Shown in pieces: positions 1-12,604 of a stretch of DNA of 64,000 nt; positions within the stretch are counted from its first letter, which is position 1, and each line of letters opens with the position of its first letter. The notes under the pieces are model-generated. The model searched no databases. It saw nothing but the letters and a program-made list of their open reading frames with translations, and was not told where the DNA came from. Both the position numbers and the translations under genes were made by a program. Source of the DNA: Ptychomitrium polyphyllum (Eukaryota). Where the stretch lies: positions 620,001 through 684,000 of the forward strand of contig OZ316776.1 in NCBI GenBank assembly GCA_973851085.1. Reading direction: 5' to 3'.

Positions 1-1127
1 GACGAGTATCTTGATGGCGATGGTGAAGAAGCGTGCTGGAGTGAAGCGCAGGGTGGTCAGCGTCATGGACGGATTGTGAGGGATAGCGATGGACGCGGCC
101 GTCGTGATGGCGCAGCTGCCGGTGCTGCAATGCTGGTAGGTTTTGCAGCGTTTTTTTGCCATTTTTTAAGCCCCTGGGAAAGGATTTTTGCGGAGGTTAG
201 GCGACGACAGAAGTCGTCGGGAGGTCCTTTGATCGCGTGATGGTTGCGTCCGGGGCGGAGAGCGGAGGAGATCGGGTGAAGGAGGCGGAGTGGCGGCAGG
301 GGGATAGGTGAGCAGGTTGTGGCGACAGGTGAAGGATTGGCAGATTTCTGCATTACTTTTCTTGTTGCCAGGCGCCGCGTGGGTGGCGGTCTTGAGGTGC
401 GGCTCGTGTTGGAGAGGAGCCGGCGGCGCATGTCGGATCGGCTGATCTGCGGTGGAGAAGTGGAGTGATGGCGGTGCGAGGGGATGTAATGAGTGGACAG
501 AGACGCTGATTAGCTCAGAGGCTGCAAGGAGCCGGGCCGCTGGTTTGGCTTTATGTAGACTGTGGATATCAGTTAGGCGGAGCAGCTTGGGATAGGATTG
601 CAGGACGGAGGTGAGGTAGGGCTGAGAGCGAAATTGAAAAGTGATTGGCGGACGTATCTGAGATTTGCGGTGCTGGTCTTTGATATCAAGAAACGATTTA
701 TTCCAGCTGCGGGAGAGTTTTGTGTTGCGTAAGCTGGAAGTGGAATGGCAATAGGAGTTTCAGGAAAAGCGGTTTGAAAATATCATACGTTATGAACTGG
801 ACAAGCCAAGAACTCGTAGTAGTCTTTTGTACCTCAAATGAGGACGCGCTGCTGCAATATAGTGGACTTTTGTGGGATCCGCTGAGAGTCGATACATTTG
901 TTTGAGTGGTGGCAGGGCGTATTGCGGATGACAGAGCTTGGTTACAGCTGCAAGATTCGCAGGAAACTGTGTGGAGGGTGCTCTTGAATGAGTTTCATAG
1001 GTGTTATTGCTGAGATGTACTAGAAATTTAGGCTGTGAGGAAAGGGAGGTTAAAAACAGATGGACGCTTAATGGCATAGACTGCAGTGCCTTCAAGGCGA
1101 TGTTAGTTTCATATTGTATCCAGGACC

Positions 1128-1235
1128 ATGGCTACGGCAGCGAGCGGTACGTTTTTCTCGACCCGCGGTCGTGTTGATTCTCAATGCACCTGCACCATAG
1201 AATTCTGGCTGGCAAGTGCCGATAGTTGCGTTTGA
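1128..1235 (+). promoter_or_regulatory. Candidate upstream ORF (35 aa) in the KCH 5' leader
   Basis: accATGG at 1128 follows a plausible acceptor (gtatccag, ending 1123). The frame closes with TGA at 1233-1235, 11 nt before the likely main ATG at 1247. Confidence 0.4.
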
Positions 1236-1246
1236 ACACTCAATTC

Positions 1247-4200
1247 ATGGACGTGGCAAGGATGGGGTATGAGAATGGTACATCTAATATCTTCACTTCT
1301 ACAGAGGGAACAATGTCTTGTGGTCTGGGATTGTCCGTTAGTTCCTGGTACGGAGGGAATGAGACATTCTATGTCCCTGAGAAGAGGTTTCCCGATAGCG
1401 ACGTTCTCAAGGGGCAAGCACATGAATATACGAGTCAGGGACACATGAATAATACGACAGGTTCGATTGTTAACGCTGCAGTCTATTCGGCAGGAGTAAG
1501 ATTGAGCGATACACATTTGGCATCCAGAAAGGCAGAGGAAGCAGGTTCTGATCTTAGGCTATTTTCATCTTAGGGCTGGGGCGTTAGACTGCTTCATGAA
1601 CTTCCGCTCAGCATTCTGTAGTTCAGGATAATGTCGTTGCTGTGAGTGACTTTTAGGCATAATTGGAAGACGTCTGGTCAGTCAATATTTGATGAAGGAC
1701 TTGGCATTCTTGTGATGGCCAGTGTACAACCCTGTCGGGGTTGCTTCTTTCTTTTAAAACTTTGGATAGGAAAGAGCTTTGAGTGAAACTTATTGCAATT
1801 AGCAATCAATCTTTGTCCCGAACTTCTAGCTTCATAGTAGTCAAAGTAGTTAGTGGATAGTTCTCAATGCCTTAGTGGTAAAGAGCAGGTGCAGTTAATT
1901 GTGTCGTGCTGTATTAAATACCATTAAGATTCAGTGTTCGGGTTAAAGATTTGACTACTTGTCGTACTAATGCGGAATATCTCTGTTAAGCACACACATT
2001 TAAATAGCAGTTGGTGCTCCATAGCTAACCATTCAGGGTTAATGTGTGTGTTCTCAACTAGAACTAAAGTCATTTCTATTTAGAGCATTTCTTTGTGTGG
2101 TAGACTGGTTGGCTGAACAGCAAGTATGCTTAACATTCCGTCTAATTCTGTTTTTCTTTCTCTTTGCGTTGTAATCTCAGCAACCAGGAGGCAGCAGGCA
2201 GTTTTATGGCTGCAAGAGATGGTTGGAGATCTAGGCATTTCAAGCGATTCCACAGAGGAAGATTTGAGGCTTTGCTTGAGAAACGGAATTACACTTTGCA
2301 AGCTTATTAATAAAGTACAGCCGGGCGCTGTACTTAAGGTTGGTATACCTACTTCAATACACATGCTTGAATCTCTTGATCTATGGATTTTGCTCCCGAA
2401 CAGGTCCCAAAACGACTTGTATGCCTTTTAAAACAGCGTTGTTGCTGCTTCTTTAAAGGTGTTTCATGTCTCTGGGTTTTAATGAGTTCTACTTACTGAA
2501 GTTTATGCTCTCTAAGAGATAACTTCTGATGGCCATTAATCCATCTGAATTTCTCTCTTATCAAATCATGTAGCCTACATGCTCCAACTTTCGAGTATCA
2601 TATTTCGACACCGTTTTCTAGATTTTGATTCTTTTTGTAAACACACCAGATGATCTGAGGTTGAAATCATCTTGTGTATAGCATGTTAGACATTTCCAAC
2701 TACATTTGACATGTCGCTGTCTAAGCATAGGTGGTGGCAAATCCGGTCCTTGCAAACAACCTTGATGGAGCGCAGTCTGCACTTCAGTACTTTGAGAATG
2801 TTCGGAACTTTCTGATAGCAGTGGAGGAGATGGGATTGCCATCATTTGAAGTTTCTGACCTGGAGCAGGTATGAACTCTCTAGAGTGGTGTTTGGCTATC
2901 CAATGATTTAATCTCGAGTTCATTTCGTAGTTACCTCTTAAAAACTTCAACCGTTTTTCAATGCCTCGTGAGGACGTGCACCATCTGATGAGAGGTAGCC
3001 CTCGTAATCTCTTGGTGGAGTTACTTGGGGCACTACTGATGTTAGGTACTTAAGGATCAGTCACTCACTTCGGATGTGAGTGACTGATCCTCAAGTTGCC
3101 GGAACGCATCGCATGCAGAACAATCTTCTCGCGGGGGATCCTATCTTTCATTGTTTGAACTTCTTGTGTGTGCTGTAGAACTGTTTTTCGGATGCATCTG
3201 AACATTAGCGTGCTTAACAAACGGGGTCTATTTGTGGGTGACTTCTCCCACCGAAACAGGGTTCCATGTCGTCGAACTCATCTGCGAAGCTGGTGGACTG
3301 TATACTGGCGCTGAAATCTTACCACGATTGGAAGCAGGGAGGTGCTTTGGGTGTCTGGAGGTTGAAGTCCCCTAGCCACTCGACAGGTAGTATAAATAGA
3401 TCCATCTCAAAGTTCAGCCGCTCTCCGAGCATGAATACTAGCTCCAACGCTCGAAAGAAGTGGGAAGTTCCGGATCCAGAATCTCAAAACAATACGTCGT
3501 TGGCAGGTCTGTCCAACCAAACACCAACTTCAGAACCCAACTCCTCCGTTTCAGGCCACGAAGCTTTGGCGCATGGTGCATCTAGGGAGAAAAGTAGTTC
3601 AGATGCAGATGACGAGGATGTGTCTGGTCCCGAGACCAGCTCAGCAGGTACTACCATGCTGGTTCTGTTCTTTTTGCTCTTGAGCACTATTGGTGTTCGA
3701 TTGAGCCAAAGCGCATGATTCGATGTTCGTCAACTGAGTTTCACGTCGTCAACCTTTACTGTGCTCACAGTCTGGTTGCCAATCTTTCAGTGTCCAAATC
3801 TACCTGGCTACAACACCTTGGAGACAAGTTTCACGAGGTTCTGCAAGTAAACGCCAAGAGTCTGCAACGGGTTTCTGGTTCTATGCCAGTTACCACAGAT
3901 GGCTATGGAGGACCGAAGCCCACATTGAAAGTGTGTATCTTCTTACCAGACCTGAGTCGTGATCCTAGAATTTCATGTTGGATAACATGTCAAAGAGAGG
4001 CATTTAGGAGATTTTTGCGGTTCAGCAACCTGTCCCAAGTACTTCGTCGGAGCAATTAGATTTCCACATATAGACTTCCGTGTACACTACATGCTCACCA
4101 TCATAGTGCATCTGTATTGTGCAGAATGCGCCATCCCAGTCTCTACTCAGTCTCATCGGTGCCATCTTATGCAACAAGACCGTAGAAGAAGTGCCTGTGG

Positions 4201-7200
4201 TAAGGCATGATTCACCAATTTGATGAAATGTGTGAATTTCCTTGCTGGCTCTATCCGTTGGTTGTGCACATGCAAGTGCGGAATTAGACAACTGAACTTC
4301 GGCAGAGCTGGACGTAGATTCAAGACCTTCTTTTTTACATGAACTAGCCTGTTCCAATCTTCAGAGTGCTCCTGCAGGTTGTGGAGTTCATGTTGCGCAA
4401 AGTTATGGAGGAATTCGAGCGCCATCTTGTGAATCAGAGGAAACAAGTCACAAAGGTATGTATATTGTAGAAACTTTGCTACTATTTAGTAGCTGGTGGC
4501 ATAATCGTATCATTGTGTGATTGCCATTCTATTCAGTCGTTTGTTTGCTCTCGACACTTCCATCATTATAGAACAGGACGTGAGGCTTTCTTGCTCTGGT
4601 TTTGCCAGATGAGAAGTTCGATGAAAGAGATTCTGGCTCGAGAGGACAAACTTGCTTCACAAAATTCAGTGTTAGTATCACTGGTAACTGGTACGCAAGA
4701 GGAGATAAAAGTAAGTGATGATGCACTGTTTCATGATCTATCTGCTTCTGTCCAGGGGCTAGGATTTTGATTGCGGTACTAATCTCGAAAAATTGCTGCT
4801 TAGGACCCTGTGAACCGTAATGTTTGCTCGTGATTATGCGTCTTAATTCTGCTGTAATACTTGGTGTCCGGTTGCATAGCTTGATGCAAGATGTCTTACT
4901 TGTGGTTGTTTGACATGTGGGATGACAGTTACACGCTAAATTGCTGCACAAGACTGAGGTAGCGTCTTTTCCTTCTTCTCAAGTGGCTGTTATCCGTGCT
5001 CCCTCATAACTTGACGATGGGTGTATCTAGTAACGCAGCTTCTTCCTCTACTATAAGCTGAACATGTCTTGTTCTCATTGATCTCCAACTAACGTCGACA
5101 TTTCCTGCACACATCAGGCAGAGATGAAGGAGTTGGAAGCGGACAAAAGGGCAAAGGAGGAGGACAGAAGCAGGCTCCTGAAAGCGAACAAAGAGCAACA
5201 ATCAGCTGCGCAAGTGCTGAAAAATGAGCTGGATCACATCAAACGCTCTGATAAAGAGCTGCTGGAGCGCCTTGAAAGTCAGAGAAAAGAATTTGAGCTA
5301 GAATGCCAAGCAACAATTCTGTCCTTGGAGTTGCAACTTCAAGATTCTTGCGAAAAGTTGGAGGAGTTGAAAGTTGATGCGGCTAGGGAAATCAGTAGCC
5401 TGAGAGTGAAGGACGCTCAATACCAAACATTCCTCTCTAATCAGCTACTTGAATTTAGGGTATATTTATCTGGCTTCACCTGTAAGCTCCGTTTCAGATG
5501 CATTGACATGAGATTCTGAGCAAACTTAGAATTTATATTCAACGAGTTTGCCGAAGAGTAGAGTATTGCCTGTTGTCTTCTGCTTCTTACATTTTAGCAC
5601 CCTGCGACAATTTCTTGTCTGCAGAATCTCAGGTCGGCCCAGCTTAATACCAAGGATGAGTTCTCGAGGATCCAGACAGAGTGGAACAACCAGTTCAGTA
5701 TGCTCGGTAAAGTTTTATTCGGCTTTCCATTGAAAGCCTGATTCTCTCGTTTGCATTAGTTTACCTTGTGTAGAGTATAGCACTGTAACCGTAATGCTCT
5801 GATGGCGCAGAGGAACAGCTCCAGGGTATGGCTCGAGCTGCATCCGGATATCACAAGGTGCTTGCAGAGAATCGAGTTCTTTACAACGAAGTGCAAGATT
5901 TAAAAGGTGCGCCATTGGTCACAGGATCAGCAGTCAAGCATCTGTATGCTAAACTCAAGGAGGGGTTGATTTAATAAGTTGTATTGGTGGAGTGCTAATG
6001 ACAATGGTGCAGAGTGCCCCTGTTTTTATATCTTTTTACGTTTTCAAATCTGTCAGCTGGAGTGACTGGGATTTGATCTGCATTTTGAGTTTGTGATTTA
6101 TCTGGTAATTGAGTGCAAGTGTGTGGATGCGCGGCATTTCACCCCAAATTTCCTTCGTGCTTGTCCTAAAGTCTGTGGCAATGTAGCTGAGCAGTTAACT
6201 CGTTCATGTTTTGTGTTCAGGCAACATCCGAGTCTACTGTAGAGTGAGACCTTTTCTTGCAGAAGAAGCTGGGAGACTGAGTACCCTTGATTATATTGGA
6301 GAGAATGGAGAGTTGATGTTGGTTAACCCTCTCAGGCCTGGCGTCAAGGACTCTCGCAAGTCATTTGTATTCAACAAGTGCTTTTCCCCTAATTCCTCAC
6401 AAGGTATGATATATTTGCAGTGTGTGTTGTGAATGTGCGTCGTTTAGGATGTGGTGTCCTATTTGGGCTTATGCAGTATGCTCGTGATAAGCATTGCAAT
6501 TTTTCAACCTAATCGTGAAACCGATCGGTCCTCTTTGTGTGTACAGCCTACAATGAACATAATCTGGCTCAAACTAAATCTCTGTGTCTTTCAGCGATTA
6601 CAATCCAGTATTGTTGTCTTTCATGCATTCAGAAGCATGAGCCTCTTTTCTCTATACTTCAGTGCTCTTATGGAATTGTTTCGATGCTGCTTTTCCAGAG
6701 GAAGTTTTTCTTGACACCCAGCCACTGATTCGGTCTGTTTTGGACGGGTTCAATGTCTGCATCTTCGCTTACGGCCAAACGGGTTCTGGGAAAACTTTTA
6801 CTATGGTAATTTATGTTAATACCCTCTCTATTATCTAATATCAGCGTATTTAAACGGCTAGCTTAGCTGTCTGACTCTCAACTGTCACCATATTTTTGTT
6901 TACATACAGTGAACCAGTGCATGCAATAACCATTGTTTCTGCACAACATCTGAAACCTTTGTAATGACGAAGTATTGATCGTCTTCTATCATAGGGTAGA
7001 AAGATTGTAGAGTGTGCGTTCTTCATTCCAGCATTGAATGTTGTTATGCACTTGTATTGTTGTAAGAGCCTGCACTCCATCGTTCAGTATCTGGGAACCT
7101 CTAGGTGCACCCTCGGTCTCTTACAAGCAACTTTCCAATGTGATGCCTTGTTCCTAACAGAGTGGTCCAAACAACATGACTCCAACGGATTGGGGAGTGA

Positions 7201-10200
7201 ATTATAGAGCTCTTCATGATTTGTTTCATACAACTCAAAGCAGACAGGATGTTTTCCGGTATGAGATAGGAGTGCAGATGCTTGAGATCTACAACGAACA
7301 AGTTCGGGATCTTCTCTCTGTTGACGGTATCCAGAAAAAATATCCTTTCCAAAACATTCATCTGAACGGGATTGAGAGTTCGTGAAGAACTGCTTGCTTT
7401 GCTTTCATATAGTTTTATTTTGCCCTTCTGAATGACTTTGCAATTGTTGATGGCATTTTTGATTTACGGAAGTCTTTACCTTGACCTTTAACACGCTTGA
7501 GATTCGAAACAACTCGCAGTTGAATGGTCTGAACGTTCCCGATGCTAGTAGGATGTCAGTGCGATCAACGGAGGATGTGTTGGAACTAATGAAAGTTGGT
7601 CTGAAGAACAGAGCAGTTGGCGCGACAGCTCTCAACGAGCGCAGTAGCAGATCTCATAGGTATCACTTGTCTTGTTTCATATACTTTGTCTGTTATACTG
7701 GTCGACGTGACATGATTTAACACAAATTACACTACATTGTTCTTGGTAATTGTTCGTTGCACAATAACTTAAATCTCTGCTGGGGCTCAACGTGCACATC
7801 TAGGTGCAGACTTCAGTTTGATTCCTTGCCTTTTGGAGGTGGATGATGAGACTATACACATTGTTCCTGCGCAGTGTGCTAACAGTGCATGTTCAAGGCA
7901 CTGATCTGGAATCTGGGGCTATTCTGAGGGGATCGCTCCACCTGGTTGACCTTGCCGGAAGTGAACGAGTAGACCGATCTGAAGCTACGGGTGACAGATT
8001 GAAGGAAGCACAGCACATCAACAAATCTCTTTCAGCCCTTGGTGATGTCATAGCTGCATTGGCTCAAAAGAATGGGCATGTTCCTTACAGGAACAGCAAG
8101 CTCACACAGCTCCTGCAGGATTCACTAGGTACTGGAAGAGAAACGTGGTGATGTGTAGTCCACATTTATTGATTCCAGTTGTTTCTTTTTATGTCTGCAA
8201 TCGAGAGCTGCCTTGGTTTTGCTTCTCTTAGGTGGGTTTTGACACTGATAATTAACTACCTTGATGTTTTGTCTCTTACAGGTGGCCAAGCAAAGACCTT
8301 GATGTTTGTACACATAAGTCCGGATGTGGAATCCTTTGGAGAGACTGTCAGCACACTAAAGTTTGCTGAAAGAGTGTCAACAGTGGAACTTGGAGCTGCT
8401 CGTAGTAACAAAGAAAGTGGAGAGATTCAAAATTTGAAGGAACAGGTAGATTTGCAGTCTTTTACTCGGAAGGTGTATTTCTGGCACCGTTGTTGTCTGA
8501 GATGAGTCTGTTCATGTGTCGCCAGAACTGTACGACCTCTTCTGACGGTGTCGTGTTTTCCCTCTTGCACGTACGAAGTGCAATTTTGATTTACAAGCGT
8601 GCATTGCTACACCTAACTTGTGGAAAATCTTCTGCACCGTAATAATCGTTTTCACAGAAACGTCAAAGTCTTCTTTATCGAGCTCCTACAAAGATGGTTG
8701 TTTGTTTTGAAGTTGCTTAGCACAATTGCCGGCCTTGTGAACTCTCTAAGCTTTTTCCATTCGTTTTTAAGGTCGCTCTGCTGAAAGAGGCTGCTGCCAA
8801 GAAAGACGCCGAAATTTCAAATCTTCAAACCTTCAAGGAACGATTTGAGCGAGGCGAAAGCGCTGTCGGTGTAGAGAAGCTCAAGTCCAGGCCGTCAAAA
8901 CCAATTGCACGTGCTCGTGCGAGTATTGACATGACTGCTCCCCAAAAAGTGCGAATGGTGCAGAATGAAGTTGGAAATGGCGTTGTGGAGGTATGTTCTC
9001 TTTTGTGTAGACAGATTTGTATGAAGACTGGGAGTATAGGACACTTGAGGATTGTTTGGATCAACAAAGATCCTGTGGGTTGATGTCGTTGGATACAACG
9101 AGTACAGTGAATGCAGATGGTAATATCTCACGCACAAGGCAATAGAAGCTCAGGTCTCGTGTTACTCTTTCTGGTGTAATTTTCGAATAATTGTAGGTAC
9201 CAGCTGGTTTATGAAAGGACTTAGATATCTCTGTGTTGCTCCAAACCAAGCGTGTAAAGCATTTCCTTACAAAGTTGAAACTCTAAGTGCTGCTTGCCCT
9301 CCTGCAGAATCGGCCCAAAACGCGCAAGTTGCCTGGTCAACCAAAGGCTCCTCTTCGCGTCGGTGTTGCTCTAAGCCATGATGCAGAAGATCTTGCGGAG
9401 CACTTAGTGTCCTCTTCAGCATGCTCGCCTGCGAGTTCTCCCACAGAGCAGTTGGGTTTGTTTGATATCATTGAAGATGGAGTGGACAACGTAAATGAGA
9501 AGCTCAAATACTTGAAAAATCAAGAGGACGGCTCTGGCACGGGCGTTGGCAATTGGGCTTCTCAGAGTCTCACCTCAACAGAAACTGAGAGTGGGCAGTT
9601 CAAAACCAAAGACGGAAGTAAGCAGCAGGGAGCAGTTCTCGCCAACCATGTTGATTTGAGTCTGTCAGACCTGAAAGATGAAGTTGGACTTAAAGAGTTG
9701 CAAGAAAGATCACAGCATGGTGCAGAAGAGAGTGGAAACTTTTCACAAGAAGTTGAGAAGCAACGAGTCTATGCCAATGGTGGTTCCTTGTACGAAGGGA
9801 ACGGAGATTTTGAAGCCATCCATTCAGTGTGCTCCAGTCAGCGTTCATTGCAGGGTATATCTTAGCACGGCCCTCTTTCCGTCTTGTCTCAAGCAGCCTG
9901 AGTTCAAATGTTTCGCGTGAGTTTCTAAGGCTTTTATTGCAGGTCAGCATAAAAGTCGGTGGGTGACGAATAAGAAGGTTCATCTCTGTTGAATGATGTA
10001 GGTTTGGAAGATCATTTTGAAAGTGATGGAATTTTCGACCTTCGGGATGGGTACGATGATAGTTCAAGCTTGTTCTCAGAGAGTGGTCTGTCTGTAGAAG
10101 CTGATCTATCGTCAACCAGCCAGTTGGAACAGAACAAGAAGGGCCAGTCAGGCCTCGCACATGTTCGTAACGAAAGAAGGTATGCTTTTTCTCTTTGGGC

Positions 10201-10874
10201 TACGTTTGAACAACCCCTCACATTTACGTTCGCTGCGGAGACCGTTACTGCTGCTGTTGGATCTGCTTTATTTCTGTTAATATCTAAGCACACATCCAAT
10301 AGGCCTCTCTCTCATTTTGTTCCTCGTGGCATATTTCTGCAGACTGCCTTTGATACCTTGGTTTCGCATGTAGCTTCTACGATGCCGTTATAGACTGTTA
10401 CTCCAATTTGACGTCCACATTGGCTCTCTTGATGATTTTATTGTCGTCTCTTTGCAGAGCTCTACTACAGACTCAAGTTCCCCGTCCTCCAATAAGTAGC
10501 ACACGGAAGATCTCATCATTGATGGATCGTAAGTCTGCCGGAGCACCTCTACAAACACGACTCCGCAGATACACAAATGTAGGGATCTCATCGTCGACTG
10601 ACAAGCTTCCATCCAAGCGCAATACATCTCTTGGACCAGTCGCTAACCCGGATTTTGAATCGAGTGGTACGTTCTTACTTGCCATGCTAAGTCACGTTGT
10701 TGGGACTTTGATGATCGATAATTAGTGTCTGACCATGTGATGATTTGGCAATGTTGTTTCTACAATTTCAAGGTACCGTGATTTTCAGTAGATATATAAG
10801 CCCCTTGTCATGTTGGTATTATAGGCAACAGAAGGGTGGCAATCGGTGCCGGGTCCTCAACTTCTTGGAGGTAA
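1247..10874 (+). CDS. KCH: Kinesin-14 with calponin-homology domain (KCH / kinesin-14-II), multi-exon
   Basis: Phase-consistent exons read by eye: 1247-1544, 2181-2338, 2731-2868, 3260-3647, 3791-3930, 4125-4199, 4378-4455, 4609-4710, (4929-4958), 5118-5459, 5625-5706, 5811-5906, 6221-6403, 6699-6805, 7161-7339, 7495-7659, 7875-8128, 8282-8445, 8772-8990, 9308-9854, 10002-10179, 10458-10666, 10825-10874 (alternative last exon 11508-11548). Motifs: RKAEEAA-RR-QA--WL and [19 protein letters not shown] / [10 protein letters not shown] (CH domain), coiled coil, neck [21 protein letters not shown]-loop GQTGSGKT, switch I NERSSRSH, switch [29 protein letters not shown]. Confidence 0.95.
3053..3091. 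repeat. Perfect 16-bp inverted repeat (hairpin, 7-nt loop) in KCH intron 3
   Basis: aggatcagtcactcac-ttcggat-gtgagtgactgatcct. Confidence 0.9.
7340..7494 (+). other. U12-type (minor spliceosome) AT-AC intron in the KCH motor domain
   Basis: 5' end ATATCCTTT at 7340, branch-like TTTACCTTGAC at 7475-7485, 3' end AC at 7493-7494. Removal restores the frame [23 protein letters not shown]. Confidence 0.93.
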
Positions 10875-12154
10875 TAGAGAGTAAGTTCATAGCGTGGTTT
10901 GTGTTGTCCACTAACAACATGCATTGTCGGAATTGGTGATTTGTACGGTGTAGATGATTAGAGTAGACAATATTGGAAAAAGTCTTGATTTAGCGATAGT
11001 TGATGGAAGACTAGATGGTATTTGCACATGCGATTTGTTGTGTACTTCATCTGTATCCAAAGTGGATTAGGCTTGACAAACTAGAACGCTGCAACTTATG
11101 AATCTGTTGATAGTCCTTAAGATAGCCTTGAGTACCAACGCCTTGGGCGATGTTGAGGTTAGGCAAAGTGTTTGAATTCAATGTGAATATAGGGAATTAA
11201 GAGCAACGGTTGTGTTGTTTTTGGACGGTCGTGCCATGATCAGTTTTTGTCTCGGGTTTCAGTTGAGTTACGGCTATCATGCAAGCGGTGGACATGAGCC
11301 AAAATGGCTCATTCGTCCAACTGTCTCGACGTCTGGAACTCTATGTGGTGTCGAAATCACCACCCAAGTTTTAGCTTACAATAAGATGTTTTGCATTGTG
11401 ATTGTTTGCGACTTTAAAATGCTAATAACATTCTACTGATCAGTGGTGAAAAACATTCACTGACTGGAAGAGCACGTATGACGCAACCTTAATTATTTCC
11501 TTGTCAGGAAACACTTCAGGCGCAAGGTCTTCCAAGCGATGGATGTGAACAGCTATGCTTCAACAGCTCTCAACACTAGGCAACTTCTGTAGCGGTGCTT
11601 CATTGAGTACCCTGTAATATAATCAGTGGTCGTCTGTAGATGGCCGTAGATATATGAGATTTAAAGATGGGACATCATTTAAGTTAGAAATCAATGGTCA
11701 GATTTTACAAAATGGCCTTCATTCGTATGAGCTAATTTTTCTTATTGTGCAGTGAACAATTACTGTAAATTCTGCTATCTTGAACAGGGTTATGAAGGCT
11801 GTGAACCTGTATGCTGCCCATGACACCTACCTGCTTAATTGATCGTTTAATGACTAGTTTTTGACGATATTGTTGACCTTGAATGCTGTCAGTAAAGATT
11901 TCATGGTCAGTGTGAGCTCCTAGCTCCTGGCCAGTCGAAGCTTTCTATGGAACCGCTGACCTGGTGCCTGAAGACATGCATCTCAAATTATCAATAACTG
12001 AAATACCAAATTTGAGAAATATCGTGACGCTTACAATGTGGTGAAGGCTTACGAAGCATGTCAAGCAATTGGCCTCGATCTGGATCGGACTCTCTTAAAG
12101 TCGGATGCTACGGAAGATTATAGAGACGCTTAGGTTACATAACAGCCAACAAGG

Positions 12155-12604
12155 TATCAGACGGCGCTCGTGACCGTCAAAATCGCCAGCACCGCCGACG
12201 GCCCGCGCCCTCCTCAACATCCCAAAACGCGTCATACCCAAAATGCCACGCACGTCCCGCTCGTCCTTCACAACAAAGCTCCAAGCGACACACGCACCCA
12301 AACCCCCGGCAAGCAAAACGGATTCCACACACTGGATCGTCACATACAAGCACACCCACACGACCGACGACCTCATCCACCACAACCACATGCAATGAAC
12401 GTCTCATCTGCACGACAAAATGCACTTCTCAAATAAATAAGAGGATAGCACCACCTGGTCCCTAAACCTTTCTAGGATCTAGTGATTTACTCTGGTAATG
12501 CTGCATTCCTTACCCATGTAGTCTGCACAACTTTTCTAAACAATATAGTTTTGAAAGAATTAAGTGCCATCAGAAAACATCGAAACTCTAAAGAAACCGA
12601 AAAA
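12155..12604 (-). repeat. ~450 bp copy of the RBP gene downstream/3'UTR region
   Basis: Direct match to 39900-40349 (inverted match to ~58358-58807) with about 10 substitutions, mostly transitions. Overlapping ORFs are near-identical between the copies. Confidence 0.95.

Noticed and set aside
63..431. 122-aa minus-strand ORF upstream of KCH
   Set aside because: No recognisable domain. More likely the GC-rich 5' leader or promoter of KCH.
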